From Coleofasciculus sp. B1-GNL1-01 (lineage in GTDB: Bacteria > Cyanobacteriota > Cyanobacteriia > Cyanobacteriales > Coleofasciculaceae): a stretch of DNA of 64,000 nt. The notes under the pieces were generated by a model. It was not told where the DNA came from. It searched no databases and saw only the letters and a program-made list of their open reading frames with translations. Shown piece by piece: positions 19,380 through 29,600 of the stretch. The stretch lies in the NCBI GenBank assembly GCA_040220235.1, contig JAVJTO010000031.1; one strand, given 5' to 3'. Both the position numbers and the translations under genes were made by a program. Numbering within the stretch: the first letter of the stretch is position 1; each line of letters begins with the position of its first letter.

Positions 19380-20078
19380 CTAGTCGCCAGGGTTCTCAGG
19401 GAGATGGGGTGAGGGAGTGAGAGGGTGAGAGGGTGAGGGGGTGAGGGGTGGTTCATACCAAACCTGGCGATAAATAAGTTCTAATTCACTTCCCACCTCT
19501 GCAAAGTAATCCATTTGCTGGGAGTGTAACGTGACGATAGTTCGGAGAATTAAAAGCGCAATAATTGCCACAATCATACCCGCTGCTGTAGTAATTAGCG
19601 CTTCACCAATACCTCCAGCCACTTTTGTTGCCTCAACAGTTGTTCCTCCCCCACCAATTTTCAGGTTATTGAATGTACTAATTAAACCCGTAACCGTTCC
19701 CAGTAGACCCAATAGAGGTGCAACCGCTACAATAGTTTCCAGGAGTTTTTCACCTTTTCGCATTTTGATAAACTCTTTATCACCAGCAGCTTCCATGGCT
19801 AAACGAAAGGTTTCTGGTGTTGGCTGTTTCAGCTTGAGGGGTGCATAGAGAAAGCGACCAATGGGCAAGTTTTGAGCCGATTCAGCGATGTCTTTAGCCT
19901 GTTCTAAATTAGAATGTGCCGTCCCTAGCACATCGTTAACCAGGGTCGCTTCTTGGCTTAATAATTGAAACCAAAACCAAGCACGGTCTAGCCCACAGGA
20001 TATCGTTAATATGGATAATCCCAGCAGGGGCAGCATGACGAAACCGCCTTGGATTAATAAATCATAAACTCTTGTCAT
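19380..20078 (-). CDS. MotA/TolQ/ExbB proton channel family protein
   Basis: GGFVMLPL, APLLGLLGTVTGLI, GIGEALITTAAG; the C-terminal tail is encoded by a short tandem repeat. Confidence 0.9.
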   Translation of the reverse strand: MTRVYDLLIQGGFVMLPLLGLSILTISCGLDRAWFWFQLLSQEATLVNDVLGTAHSNLEQAKDIAESAQNLPIGRFLYAPLKLKQPTPETFRLAMEAAGDKEFIKMRKGEKLLETIVAVAPLLGLLGTVTGLISTFNNLKIGGGGTTVEATKVAGGIGEALITTAAGMIVAIIALLILRTIVTLHSQQMDYFAEVGSELELIYRQVWYEPPLTPSPSHPLTPSPHLPENPGD

Positions 20079-20221
20079 TTTAAATCTCAGACTAATTCCG
20101 CAAAATCAACCCTGGTTATTTTTAACCTATAACGGTACAGACTTATTGTCCAACACGTAATGAACTAGCTCCCCGACTTCTTGAATACGTTGGAGATTGG
20201 TTAGGAGAATGGGATGTATCT

Positions 20222-21970
20222 TCAGTTTAACTCTTTCGCGATCGCGACTCGATAATCTGTGTTAATCAACGTTATACTAAACACAGTTGAACGGTTGCGT
20301 AAGAATTTAATCAAAATTGACTTGGATTCAAAGTTTTTTACACAGGCATCAGCTGTCATTTGGTACTGATTCTGAAACGCTTGTTTTAGATCATTTACTG
20401 CTATATCGTTAGTTCCCAATACCTGAATCCTTGTCTCAATTATTTTTTTAATAATCTTCTCTAATTCTTTGAGGGAGTTTATGGGCATTTCAGTTGATTC
20501 AATCGCTTTTTTTGTTTCTTTTTTTGCTGCCTTGTTAATTGAAATTTTATAATTAATTCCGGTTTTTTTGAGGTTAAATAATGAAGATTGCTTTAAAAAA
20601 ACTATAAACTTAACACCGAGTTCCAATTCTTTAAACACCTGACTAATTCCTTGCTTATGCTGTTTGCAGAATTCAGTACTAACATTAGAGAGAGGAACAG
20701 AGGTTTGACCTGAATCAGCCATGAGCTTTTTCACAATTCTAGCTAATTCTTGTTCTAGCTCAACCTTAGATTTAATTGTTGTATTTTGGGAATTTTCTAA
20801 AACTTGAGATTCGGTCGAGGCACTCGTAGGAGCGATAACTGAAGGATTCGTTTCAAACAAGGTAACATATAACCCTGACTGTTCCGATAAGTTATGTAAT
20901 ACAAACTCATTCGGGTAATCAAGAAAAAAATCGGGAACCGTTTTGCCCGGGCAGTGCCATGACACAACGTAACTCATTGTTGTCTGGTGCTGGCGGCGAA
21001 ATAACTTAGAAACCTTAGACAATTTAACCCAAAGATTTCCGGTGCGAGTTTGTTCGAGTCTAATAATCGCCTTGATTTGATTAATAAAATCTTCAATAAC
21101 GAGAATTTCAGGTGGCGGACTCAGGGAATGGTTTTGAGTTTGGTTTGTGTCACTATTTAAAACGGTGATAGTATCTCCTTGTTTGCGAACTAAGTACACT
21201 GTAAAACCATGAGTCTGAAGTGTATTATAAAGATGAGTCATCACGCCATCCGAGGAGCAAACTAATATTTCCCTAGCATTGGGGTAATGGATAAAGATTG
21301 ATGATCCCACTGTTGCCATTTTCACATCGGCACTATCTTTACCCAGTGGAACGTGAATCAGTTCATATCCACGACTGTGGAATTCTGCGTCTTTTTTGCC
21401 AAGGCTGCGCCAATTGGCAAAGGCAACTTTAATTTGAATCGCATAGGTACAGACTTTTGTCAGGAATCTTTCAGTTTCGATATCAAGTTGTAGGTTTTCG
21501 GCGTCGAGTAAAAGAATGGCAATACCTGGGGAATCATTAGTCCCTGAAGCCGGAAAGGAGACAGATTCAGAACTATCTGAACTGACCACTTCCAGCGACG
21601 CTGATGGGGAATTTTTTGGAATTAAGGACTGTAGAGTTTGAGTCAATTCACCAAAACTGGGTTGTGTAAAATAGCTGGGAAGGAGTAAAATTTCTAGGAA
21701 ACGCCGTAGGTTTATCAGTTTGGCGTCCTCGTCCTCAGCTTGAGTCAGTCTAGCTTTTAGTTTCGTGATGAAGGCAGATTGAATCTGCGGGTTACGCCAG
21801 GGAGTCATCCTGTACTTTTGTTTGAGGAGTTCCGGATGCTGCTGTTGGATATTCAGGACGATTTGGTAAACGCGATCGCATATTTGATCAATAATTGCTG
21901 TATCAGTTGCCAATGGCGCACTGGACGGATCGGGCATATCACAAAGTAGTACAGAGGATGGCGTATGCAT
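20222..21970 (-). CDS. NYN-domain protein with C-terminal OST-HTH/LOTUS-like repeats
   Basis: LLLDAEN, GKDSADVKM and CSSDG NYN/PIN acidic motifs; repeated helical units downstream. Confidence 0.7.
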   Translation of the reverse strand: MHTPSSVLLCDMPDPSSAPLATDTAIIDQICDRVYQIVLNIQQQHPELLKQKYRMTPWRNPQIQSAFITKLKARLTQAEDEDAKLINLRRFLEILLLPSYFTQPSFGELTQTLQSLIPKNSPSASLEVVSSDSSESVSFPASGTNDSPGIAILLLDAENLQLDIETERFLTKVCTYAIQIKVAFANWRSLGKKDAEFHSRGYELIHVPLGKDSADVKMATVGSSIFIHYPNAREILVCSSDGVMTHLYNTLQTHGFTVYLVRKQGDTITVLNSDTNQTQNHSLSPPPEILVIEDFINQIKAIIRLEQTRTGNLWVKLSKVSKLFRRQHQTTMSYVVSWHCPGKTVPDFFLDYPNEFVLHNLSEQSGLYVTLFETNPSVIAPTSASTESQVLENSQNTTIKSKVELEQELARIVKKLMADSGQTSVPLSNVSTEFCKQHKQGISQVFKELELGVKFIVFLKQSSLFNLKKTGINYKISINKAAKKETKKAIESTEMPINSLKELEKIIKKIIETRIQVLGTNDIAVNDLKQAFQNQYQMTADACVKNFESKSILIKFLRNRSTVFSITLINTDYRVAIAKELN

Positions 21971-22013
21971 CCATAATAAAAGAAAGAAAAAGCTTTACAC
22001 ATCTTAATTAACT

Positions 22014-23522
22014 ATGGCGAGAGATCTGCGGGCATTCATCCAGCTTTTAGAGGAACGGGGACAGTTGCGTCGGATTACGGCGTTGGTTGACCCGGATTTA
22101 GAAATTGCCGAGATATCCAATCGGATGCTACAGGCAGGCGGACCCGGACTATTATTTGAGAATGTCAAGGGTTCATCATTTCCCGTCGCCATCAACCTGA
22201 TGGGAACCGAGGAACGGGTGTGTTGGGCGATGAATATGGAACATCCCCAAGAGTTGGAGACATTGGGGAAAAAGCTGGGAATGCTGCAACAGCCGAAACC
22301 GCCGAAGAAAATTTCTCAGGCGGTGGAGTTTGGCAAGATTTTATTTGATGTTGTCAAAGCCAAACCGGGACGCGATTTTTTCCCCGCCTGTCAGCAAGTG
22401 GTGGTGGAAGGAGACGCCCTCGATTTAAATAAACTGCCCCTAATTCGTCCCTATCCAGGGGATGCGGGCAAAATTATTACCTTGGGGTTGGTGATTACCA
22501 AAGACTGTGAAACGGGTACTCCGAATGTGGGTGTGTACCGTCTGCAACTCCAATCCCGGACTACCATGAGTGTTCATTGGTTATCAGTACGGGGTGGGGC
22601 GAGACACCTCCGCAAAGCAGCGCAAAATGGCAAGAAACTAGAAATTGCGATCGCACTCGGGGTTGATCCCTTAATTATTATGGCAGCCGCCACGCCGATT
22701 CCTGTAGACCTTTCTGAATGGCTATTTGCGGGACTCTACGGTGGTTCTGGGGTGCAACTGGCAAAGTGCAAGACGTTAGATTTACAAGTCCCGGCTGACT
22801 CCGAGTTTGTCTTAGAAGGGACAATCACACCAGGGGAAGTCTTACCCGATGGACCCTTTGGTGATCACATGGGGTACTATGGCGGCGTCGAAGATTCCCC
22901 AGTGATTCACTTCCACTGCATGACTCATCGCCAAAACCCCATCTATCTCACCACCTTCAGTGGGCGTCCCCCCAAGGAAGAAGCAATGATGGCGATCGCA
23001 CTCAATCGGATTTATACGCCAATTTTACGCCAACAGGTCTCCGAGATTGTGGACTTCTTCCTCCCCATGGAAGCCCTCAGTTACAAAGCCGCGATTATTT
23101 CCATTGATAAAGCCTATCCTGGACAAGCAAGACGGGCTGCTTTAGCGTTTTGGAGTGCCTTACCCCAATTTACCTACACCAAATTCGTAATTGTTGTGGA
23201 TAAAGATATTAATATCCGTGATCCGCGTCAAGTAGTGTGGGCAATTAGTTCCAAAGTAGACCCGACGCGAGATGTCTTTATTCTGCCGAATACGCCCTTT
23301 GATAGCTTAGATTTTGCCAGTGAAAAGATTGGTTTAGGCGGACGTATGGGGATTGATGCAACAACTAAAATTCCTCCCGAAACGGAACATGAATGGGGGG
23401 CGCCATTGGAATCCGATGCGGATGTCGCCGCTATGGTTGATCGGCGTTGGGTCGAGTATGGCTTAGAGGATTTGGAATTAGGAGACGTTAATCCGAATCT
23501 GTTTGGCTACGATATGCGGTGA
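22014..23522 (+). CDS. ubiD: UbiD-family decarboxylase
   Basis: NVGVYRLQ, EFVLEG, DGPFGDHMGYY, LDFAS...GGRMGIDAT. Confidence 0.92.
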   Translation: MARDLRAFIQLLEERGQLRRITALVDPDLEIAEISNRMLQAGGPGLLFENVKGSSFPVAINLMGTEERVCWAMNMEHPQELETLGKKLGMLQQPKPPKKISQAVEFGKILFDVVKAKPGRDFFPACQQVVVEGDALDLNKLPLIRPYPGDAGKIITLGLVITKDCETGTPNVGVYRLQLQSRTTMSVHWLSVRGGARHLRKAAQNGKKLEIAIALGVDPLIIMAAATPIPVDLSEWLFAGLYGGSGVQLAKCKTLDLQVPADSEFVLEGTITPGEVLPDGPFGDHMGYYGGVEDSPVIHFHCMTHRQNPIYLTTFSGRPPKEEAMMAIALNRIYTPILRQQVSEIVDFFLPMEALSYKAAIISIDKAYPGQARRAALAFWSALPQFTYTKFVIVVDKDINIRDPRQVVWAISSKVDPTRDVFILPNTPFDSLDFASEKIGLGGRMGIDATTKIPPETEHEWGAPLESDADVAAMVDRRWVEYGLEDLELGDVNPNLFGYDMR

Positions 23523-23552
23523 ACAAATTTATCAGTGATTAGGAGATAACCC

Positions 23553-23750
23553 TTGACCGAGAAAAAGAAAATAAACAAACCCTCTGCCCAAGACCTTGAG
23601 AACGAAGTCAAAGGAATGCAGGAACGCGGCATTACGAATGCTGAGGTTCTTCAAGCTATGGCAGTTATTGCTGATAAACAAGGTGACACGACCTTAGCCA
23701 GGAAACTCGCCAATACAGCCGAAGAGTTAGTCAAAGAAAGCCAAGTTTAA
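23553..23750 (+). CDS. Small hypothetical protein
   Basis: TTG start preceded by AGGAG; helical 65-aa product. Confidence 0.55.
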   Translation: MTEKKKINKPSAQDLENEVKGMQERGITNAEVLQAMAVIADKQGDTTLARKLANTAEELVKESQV

Positions 23751-23903
23751 GTCAAAACCATATCCTAAGTAGGTAGGGACAATAAACGTTAACGGCGGAG
23801 ATCGTCATTTGTCCTTTGTCATTTGTCCTTTGTAAGGCTTTGAGGATTGTTTACATAATTTAGAAAAGTAAGACGATACACAACCGATGCTACCGGACTT
23901 GAT

Positions 23904-24653
23904 ATGACCAGTAAACCGAATTTTCCTGGCATGAACCCCTACCTGGAACGACCAGACATTTGGCCCGAAATCCATTACGGGTTAATTAGTGGGCTAATGA
24001 GGACACTCAACCCAATACTTAACCCCAAGTATCGGGCGGCTGTCGATAAGCGGGTTTATCTGGATTCTGTTTTAGTCGGTATTCCTGATACAACGGTGAT
24101 TCAGCAAACGCCTAATCGCACGACAACCTCTACCTCAGCCGCCGTTTTGAGCCAGCCTGAGCGCGTGGCGATACCTATGCTTGAAGAAGTCACCGAACGC
24201 TTTTTGGAAATTCGCGAAGTGACCACTGGCAAGGTTATTACGGTTATTGAAGTGCTATCACCCAAGAATAAACGATCCGGGGAAGGGCGATCGCAGTACC
24301 TAAAAAAGCGTCAAACTATACTCAATAGCCAAACTCATTTGGTCGAAATTGATCTGCTCAGAAGCGGTGAATCCATGCCTGTGCAAGGTGGATGTAAAGC
24401 AGACTACCAAATCTTGGTCAGTCGAGCCAATGAAAGACCCGCTGCAGAACGCTATCCCTTTGATTGGCGGGAGCCAATTCCTGTGTTTTTATTACCCCTG
24501 AGCGCCGCAGACGTTGAACCTGCGATCGATTTGGCTACCTTACTTGAACAAGCCTATCAGGAAGCCGCCCTTGACTTGGTGATTGACTATTCGATGCCGC
24601 CAGAACCCGTCTTGAGTGAAGATGATATGGCTTGGCTAAATACCTTACGTTAA
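23904..24653 (+). CDS. DUF4058-family protein (restriction-endonuclease-like fold)
   Basis: FPGMNPYLE, IEVLSPKNK, HLVEIDLLRSG. Confidence 0.85.
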   Translation: MTSKPNFPGMNPYLERPDIWPEIHYGLISGLMRTLNPILNPKYRAAVDKRVYLDSVLVGIPDTTVIQQTPNRTTTSTSAAVLSQPERVAIPMLEEVTERFLEIREVTTGKVITVIEVLSPKNKRSGEGRSQYLKKRQTILNSQTHLVEIDLLRSGESMPVQGGCKADYQILVSRANERPAAERYPFDWREPIPVFLLPLSAADVEPAIDLATLLEQAYQEAALDLVIDYSMPPEPVLSEDDMAWLNTLR

Positions 24654-24911
24654 GTCGTCAGACACCATTAAAGTTGAGCATAAAGACAAGGTAACAGGAA
24701 ACGGAAAATAGTCAAAAATTGACATTTTTTAATGTTTCTTAGTACAACGAACATCATTGTTCCCCACTTCAATCCCAGAAATAGTAGATCGCATCAATTC
24801 AGTGCCGAGGCAATCCGCCTTGGCATTTTTCTGCAACATTATATAACATAAAATACCTATTTATTGGAATTTTATCGTTCATCTTTGGTTCATCAGATTT
24901 TGGAACTAAAG

Positions 24912-25286
24912 ATGAGCCAAAAAAACGATAATTATCTTGCCCGTCTGGAACAAATCCGGTGGGGTAAGTATCCCCAATGCCCCTATTGCCAATCAACTCA
25001 TTCTCGACGCTTAAAAAAAGAACACCGATATCAATGTAACGAATGCTTTACTTCATATAGCGTTACAGTTGGGACTCTATTTCACAAAACTCATGTTGAC
25101 TTAGACAAATGGGTTTTGGCAATTTATCTGGTTCTCAATCCTCTGGAACGCATCAGTGTGCGTCAGTTAGCGAAGAAGATTGGAGTCAATAAAAATACCG
25201 CCTCCTATATGATTACCCGGATTCGTCGGGCAATGACTCAAGAGATGGAGTTGCTACAGCGACTTGTTGACATAGAGTTTGAGTAA
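24912..25286 (+). CDS. IS1595-type zinc-ribbon/HTH protein lacking a DDE domain
   Basis: RWG..CPYC...YQCNEC...SVTVGTLFHKTH...ISVRQLAKKIGV...RIRRAM, then stop. Confidence 0.75.
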   Translation: MSQKNDNYLARLEQIRWGKYPQCPYCQSTHSRRLKKEHRYQCNECFTSYSVTVGTLFHKTHVDLDKWVLAIYLVLNPLERISVRQLAKKIGVNKNTASYMITRIRRAMTQEMELLQRLVDIEFE

Positions 25287-25406
25287 ATTACAAGTCCAGT
25301 GACATTAACCCCCTAAATTAAAGCCATTTGAGTTCCCTCCCCTTGAGAAGGGGAGGGTTAGGGTGGGGTCTGTTTAAAGGTATTGGAGATTTGTCAACTT
25401 AATCGG

Positions 25407-25571
25407 TTAACTCTTTTTGGGAATGTCTAAGGAAGAAAGGTATTTAGACAGCGATTCTCCCAATTGTTCTTCGAGTGTCTTTTTTTTCTCTGGTTTTTTA
25501 GCCGTAAATCCACCAAAGAACCAAACCCAAAACGAAGCATAGAGAAATACTAGCAAAAATGGTGACAGCAT
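25407..25571 (-). CDS. Small single-TM protein (54 aa, not in ORF track)
   Basis: Manual translation MLSPFLLVFLYASFWVWFFGGFTAKKPEKKKTLEEQLGESLSKYLSSLDIPKKS*. Confidence 0.6.
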   Translation of the reverse strand: MLSPFLLVFLYASFWVWFFGGFTAKKPEKKKTLEEQLGESLSKYLSSLDIPKKS

Positions 25572-25747
25572 AATCGTTAACGGTAGAGAACCCTAATCAA
25601 ACTAATCCCAAAGATAGGTAAGACGGAGAGTACCATCTTGAACTGCCTCTGCGACTACTGACGGTTAGGAAACTTTCCTTACATCCAAGTGTAGGACTGT
25701 GTGTCGAAAAAGTCTCGACCGCTAACTGGGACACTCTGAGGAATATC

Positions 25748-25775
25748 GTAGAGACGCGCCATGGCGCGTCTCTAC
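25748..25775. repeat. GTAG-type REP-like palindrome GTAGAGACGCGCCATGGCGCGTCTCTAC; relatives at 31941, 36007, 43063, 44383
   Basis: Perfect palindrome with four variant copies in the window. Confidence 0.85.
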
Positions 25776-25810
25776 AGGGTTTTGGGTGGATTTCAATCCA
25801 ATTCTATCCG

Positions 25811-26095
25811 TTATATGGCATGACTAGAGAGCAAGGTTCTCCCGATAATATTGTGTGCATTTTTTTGGATATGATGGCTAACAATTTGCTGGATTTTATG
25901 ATGCAAATGTTTTTCGGTATCTTTAAGGCTTGCCAAAAATGTCAGTAATCGTTGTTTATCTAATAGCGGTAAGTCCCTGAGCAATTCTTCAGCTTCCTCT
26001 ACTATTCGCTCTTGTGCCTCTGGCATCAAATTGATCCAGTTGGAATATAATAGGTTGCGTTCGACGATAGTCAGCTTCCATTGATATTCGGGCAT
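25811..26095 (-). CDS. Hypothetical protein
   Basis: 94-aa ATG ORF, MPEYQWKLTIVERNLL. Confidence 0.6.
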   Translation of the reverse strand: MPEYQWKLTIVERNLLYSNWINLMPEAQERIVEEAEELLRDLPLLDKQRLLTFLASLKDTEKHLHHKIQQIVSHHIQKNAHNIIGRTLLSSHAI

Positions 26096-26605
26096 GATGC
26101 TTGTCCCACTTAATCATTTGCTATCTGTCGATCATCCTAAATGAAAGACTATGAAGGAATGGTAAAGACGGCTCTTTCGGTTGTAAAAAGATTGTAAATC
26201 TAGCCATTTATTCTTGACCGATGCCCTAGCGCAGCGCCCTTGGAAATACTTGAGCAGCTTTGTAGATACGATGAAGCAGGGGGAGCAGAGGGAGCAGAGG
26301 GAGCTGGGGGAGATGTCAGCTGTTCAGTTATTTCTGCCAGGATGCACTAGGAACTAGCGCTAGTTCCTAATCAATGAACAACAAAACCCGCCCTATTCAG
26401 AAATAACCTTTCAACAAAATCCACCTTTGGTCAAAAGCGGGGATGCTGGGTAGGATAAGTTACCCTTTTTAAGGAGCGCATCAATTTCGATTACTGGATT
26501 GTTCGAGTGAGCCAGTAATGCCGTTTCTGACGTTATCCCCCGATGCTTCAGCTATGCTCAACTGCACGATTTTTAACGATAAATCATAACATTAGCTACG
26601 CAAAA

Positions 26606-29600
26606 TTATTTGTTTCCTTTTTCACGGGCAATGGGTTGGCAAAGCTCACGGTTACTCTGTTTAACATCGGGATTATGATTGAGATAATCTTGCAGCCAAT
26701 TGCAACTTTTTGCTAACAGTTCCTCCAAATCTAAATTCCAAACAATTGCCGTATTATCTTCAGTGCCGACAGCTAATGCCTGACCATCCTGACTCCAATT
26801 TACACTCGTGACGCGCCCCTCCTCAGCTTCCCAGGTTTTCACTAAAGTGTCATCTAGTCGCCAGATTTGTACCCGATTATCCCAGCTTGTTGTTGCCAGA
26901 ATATTTCCTCTAGGACTAAACTCAACCCGTGCCACACTATCGGTAGACCCTTTCAGGGTTGTTTGCAGTTCACCCTGGCGATTCCAGAGTTTTACAGTAT
27001 TGTCATAACTGGCTGACGCTAATAACTGAGAGTCGGCGGAAAAGCTGACATCTAAAACCCAATTACTATGACCCTTGAGAGTTTTCAATAATTGTCCATT
27101 TGCCGTCCATAGCTTTACCGTTTGGTCATCACTAGCAGACGCCAATACCTGACCATCGGGACTAAAAGTTACCCCATTGACGCGGGATTGATGTCCTTTT
27201 AAGGTTTTCATCAAAACTCCATCTCGTGTCCAAAGTTTAATCGTTTTATCTCGACTGGCGGAGACAAGGGTTTGCGAATCAGGACTAAAACTGACATCTA
27301 ATACCCAATCCTGATGACCGTTCAATACCTTAATCAACTCTCCCTCTCGATTCCACAGCCGAATCGTACCATCTCGACTGGCTGAGGCAAGGCGTTCCCC
27401 GTCAGGACTAAAGCTAACACTATAAATTCGCTCGGTATGTCCGGTTAAGGTGTGCAAGAGTTGACCCAAACGATCCCAAAGTTTGACAGTTTTATCGTTA
27501 CTCGCTGTGGCAATCCGTTCTCCATTGGGAGAAAAGGTAACATCTCGCACATCATCATCATGTCCGCGTAAAATGAGCTGAGACTGTTGGCGCAGTTCCC
27601 AAAGTTTGATGGTTTTATCATAACTGGCAGAGGCGAGGATGACGGGAGTTGCTAATGGGGCTGCGGTTTCTTTTGCCTGTTGAGTGGGACTAAAACTGAC
27701 AGCGGTTACTCTATCGCTGTGTCCTTTAAAGGTTTTCAGTAGTTTACCATCACGATTCCACAGTCTTACCGTATTATCGGCACTTGCTGCTGCAATTAAC
27801 TGACTGTCAGCACTGAAGGTTACATTCAATACCCAACGTTCTGGTTGGGAAAGGGTTTTAATGAGTTGACCCTGAGTATCCCACAGTTTCACGGTGCGAT
27901 CATCGCTGGCTGAGGCAATGAATTGACCATCGGGACTAAATGCCACACTGTTAACCTTACCCTGATGTCCGGTGAGCGTTTTCCATAATTGACCGTCTTT
28001 TGTCCACAATTTGATGGTTTGATCGCTTCCGGCTGACGCTAGCATCTCACCATTGGGACTAAAGCTAACCCACTGCGCTGCTTTTTTATGGGCTGAAAGG
28101 GTATGAATTAACTCGCCATCCACTCGCCACAGGCGCACCGTACCATCCGCACCTGTGGAGGCTAGGTGTTCACCGTCGGGACTAAAGCTAACGCTATAAA
28201 CATAACCGTCATGCCCTGTCAACATACGGACAAGGGTACCATCCCGACGCCACAGCTTAACGGTACCATCCCAACTACTGGATGCAATGAGCTGACTATC
28301 TGGACTAAAGGAAACACTGGTAATGCTATCTTGATGCCCTTGCAGAGTCGTGACCAATGTACCATCAGGACGCCACAATTTTACCGTGCGATCGCGGCTG
28401 GCTGAGGCAATCAGTTCTCCATCAGGGGAAAAGCTGACATCCCAGACGATATCACTATGTCCTTCTAACCGATTTCGCTCAGTTACTGAGTCTACGGCTT
28501 GGGAAAGGGCAGCAATCACTTGCAGGTGGGTATCGGGTTTAACCCCGACAGCAACCTGCTTAAGCTGTCTCGCGCCTCTGAGCGCTTCCAGCAGCGCATC
28601 AAATTCTTTTCCAGAAGCAAATAGGGCTTCTGAGGAGGCACTAATCGCCGCTAGTTGAGCATTAAACGTTAAAGTCGCGGCGCGTCGGCGTTGCACCTCA
28701 GCCCGCCATCCTAACCCCCCAGCCGTTACCGCCAGCACTGCCATTGCTGTACCGACTGCGATCGCCCGGAGTCGCTGTTTGCGAACTCGTAAGAGTTCCA
28801 TCTGACTGTGTTTGAGCCGCGTCACCAGTGTCTGCTTGCGGCGTTTTTTGTAATGGTGACGGATGGGGGCGACTAAGTAATCGTGAACCAGTTGATATCG
28901 ATCCTCGGGTTCGTCAGGTAGGCGAAATAACAACCCTGAGCCAACTAAAATCTCCAGAATTAGGGAAAGTGAGGATAGCGATTTGATAACGGATGGTGTA
29001 TGTCCCATATCTAAGTCTTTTGTCCCCGATTCCAACTCAGTTTGAGTTTTCAAGGGACGAGTCCCTCGGTCATCTGTCAGTGAAAATAAGACTTGCCAAA
29101 CTGTCTCTTGATTCTCAGAACCACAATCAGCAATAGCATTCAACAGCCAGCGTTCGACTAAAGTGGCTTTTGGATTTGTGCCTAAGGCTTGGTATTGCGC
29201 CAGAGTGGTAATTTTCTCCGTTTGCAGTTGCATCCCCACTACCTGTAATTCAATCAGTCGCACGCTTTCGGTGGGTGAGGCTAAATCCTGAACTAGGGCA
29301 TCAATTAGGGCGTCGTCTAACTTAAACTGAGACCCTGAAGCCAGAGTGGAGATGACATTTTTTGCTTCCCGTGGGGACAAATCCCCCAAGTGGTAGCGAA
29401 GTTGTCGATCCAGAATATTATTGTTAATCGCACTCAAATTCGTGTAGCGTTCGCATTCAAGCAGGTAATGCAGGTAATCTTCCCGCAGGGATAAAATCAC
29501 TTTGACAAAGGGAAGATTTAGGCAATGTTCCAAAAATTCATAGAACTGGCGTCGCTGTTCTAATTCCGTACAGACGAAAAAAAATTCTTCAAACTGATCG

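Noticed and set aside
24870..24920. Glutamine (glnA-type) riboswitch suggested by ATCGTTCATCT
   Set aside because: The downstream conserved elements are absent; a simple hairpin explains the sequence
26800..28460. WD40 repeats as a diversity-generating retroelement target or DNA-level repeat array
   Set aside because: The repeats are diverged at nucleotide level; no reverse transcriptase or template repeat was seen
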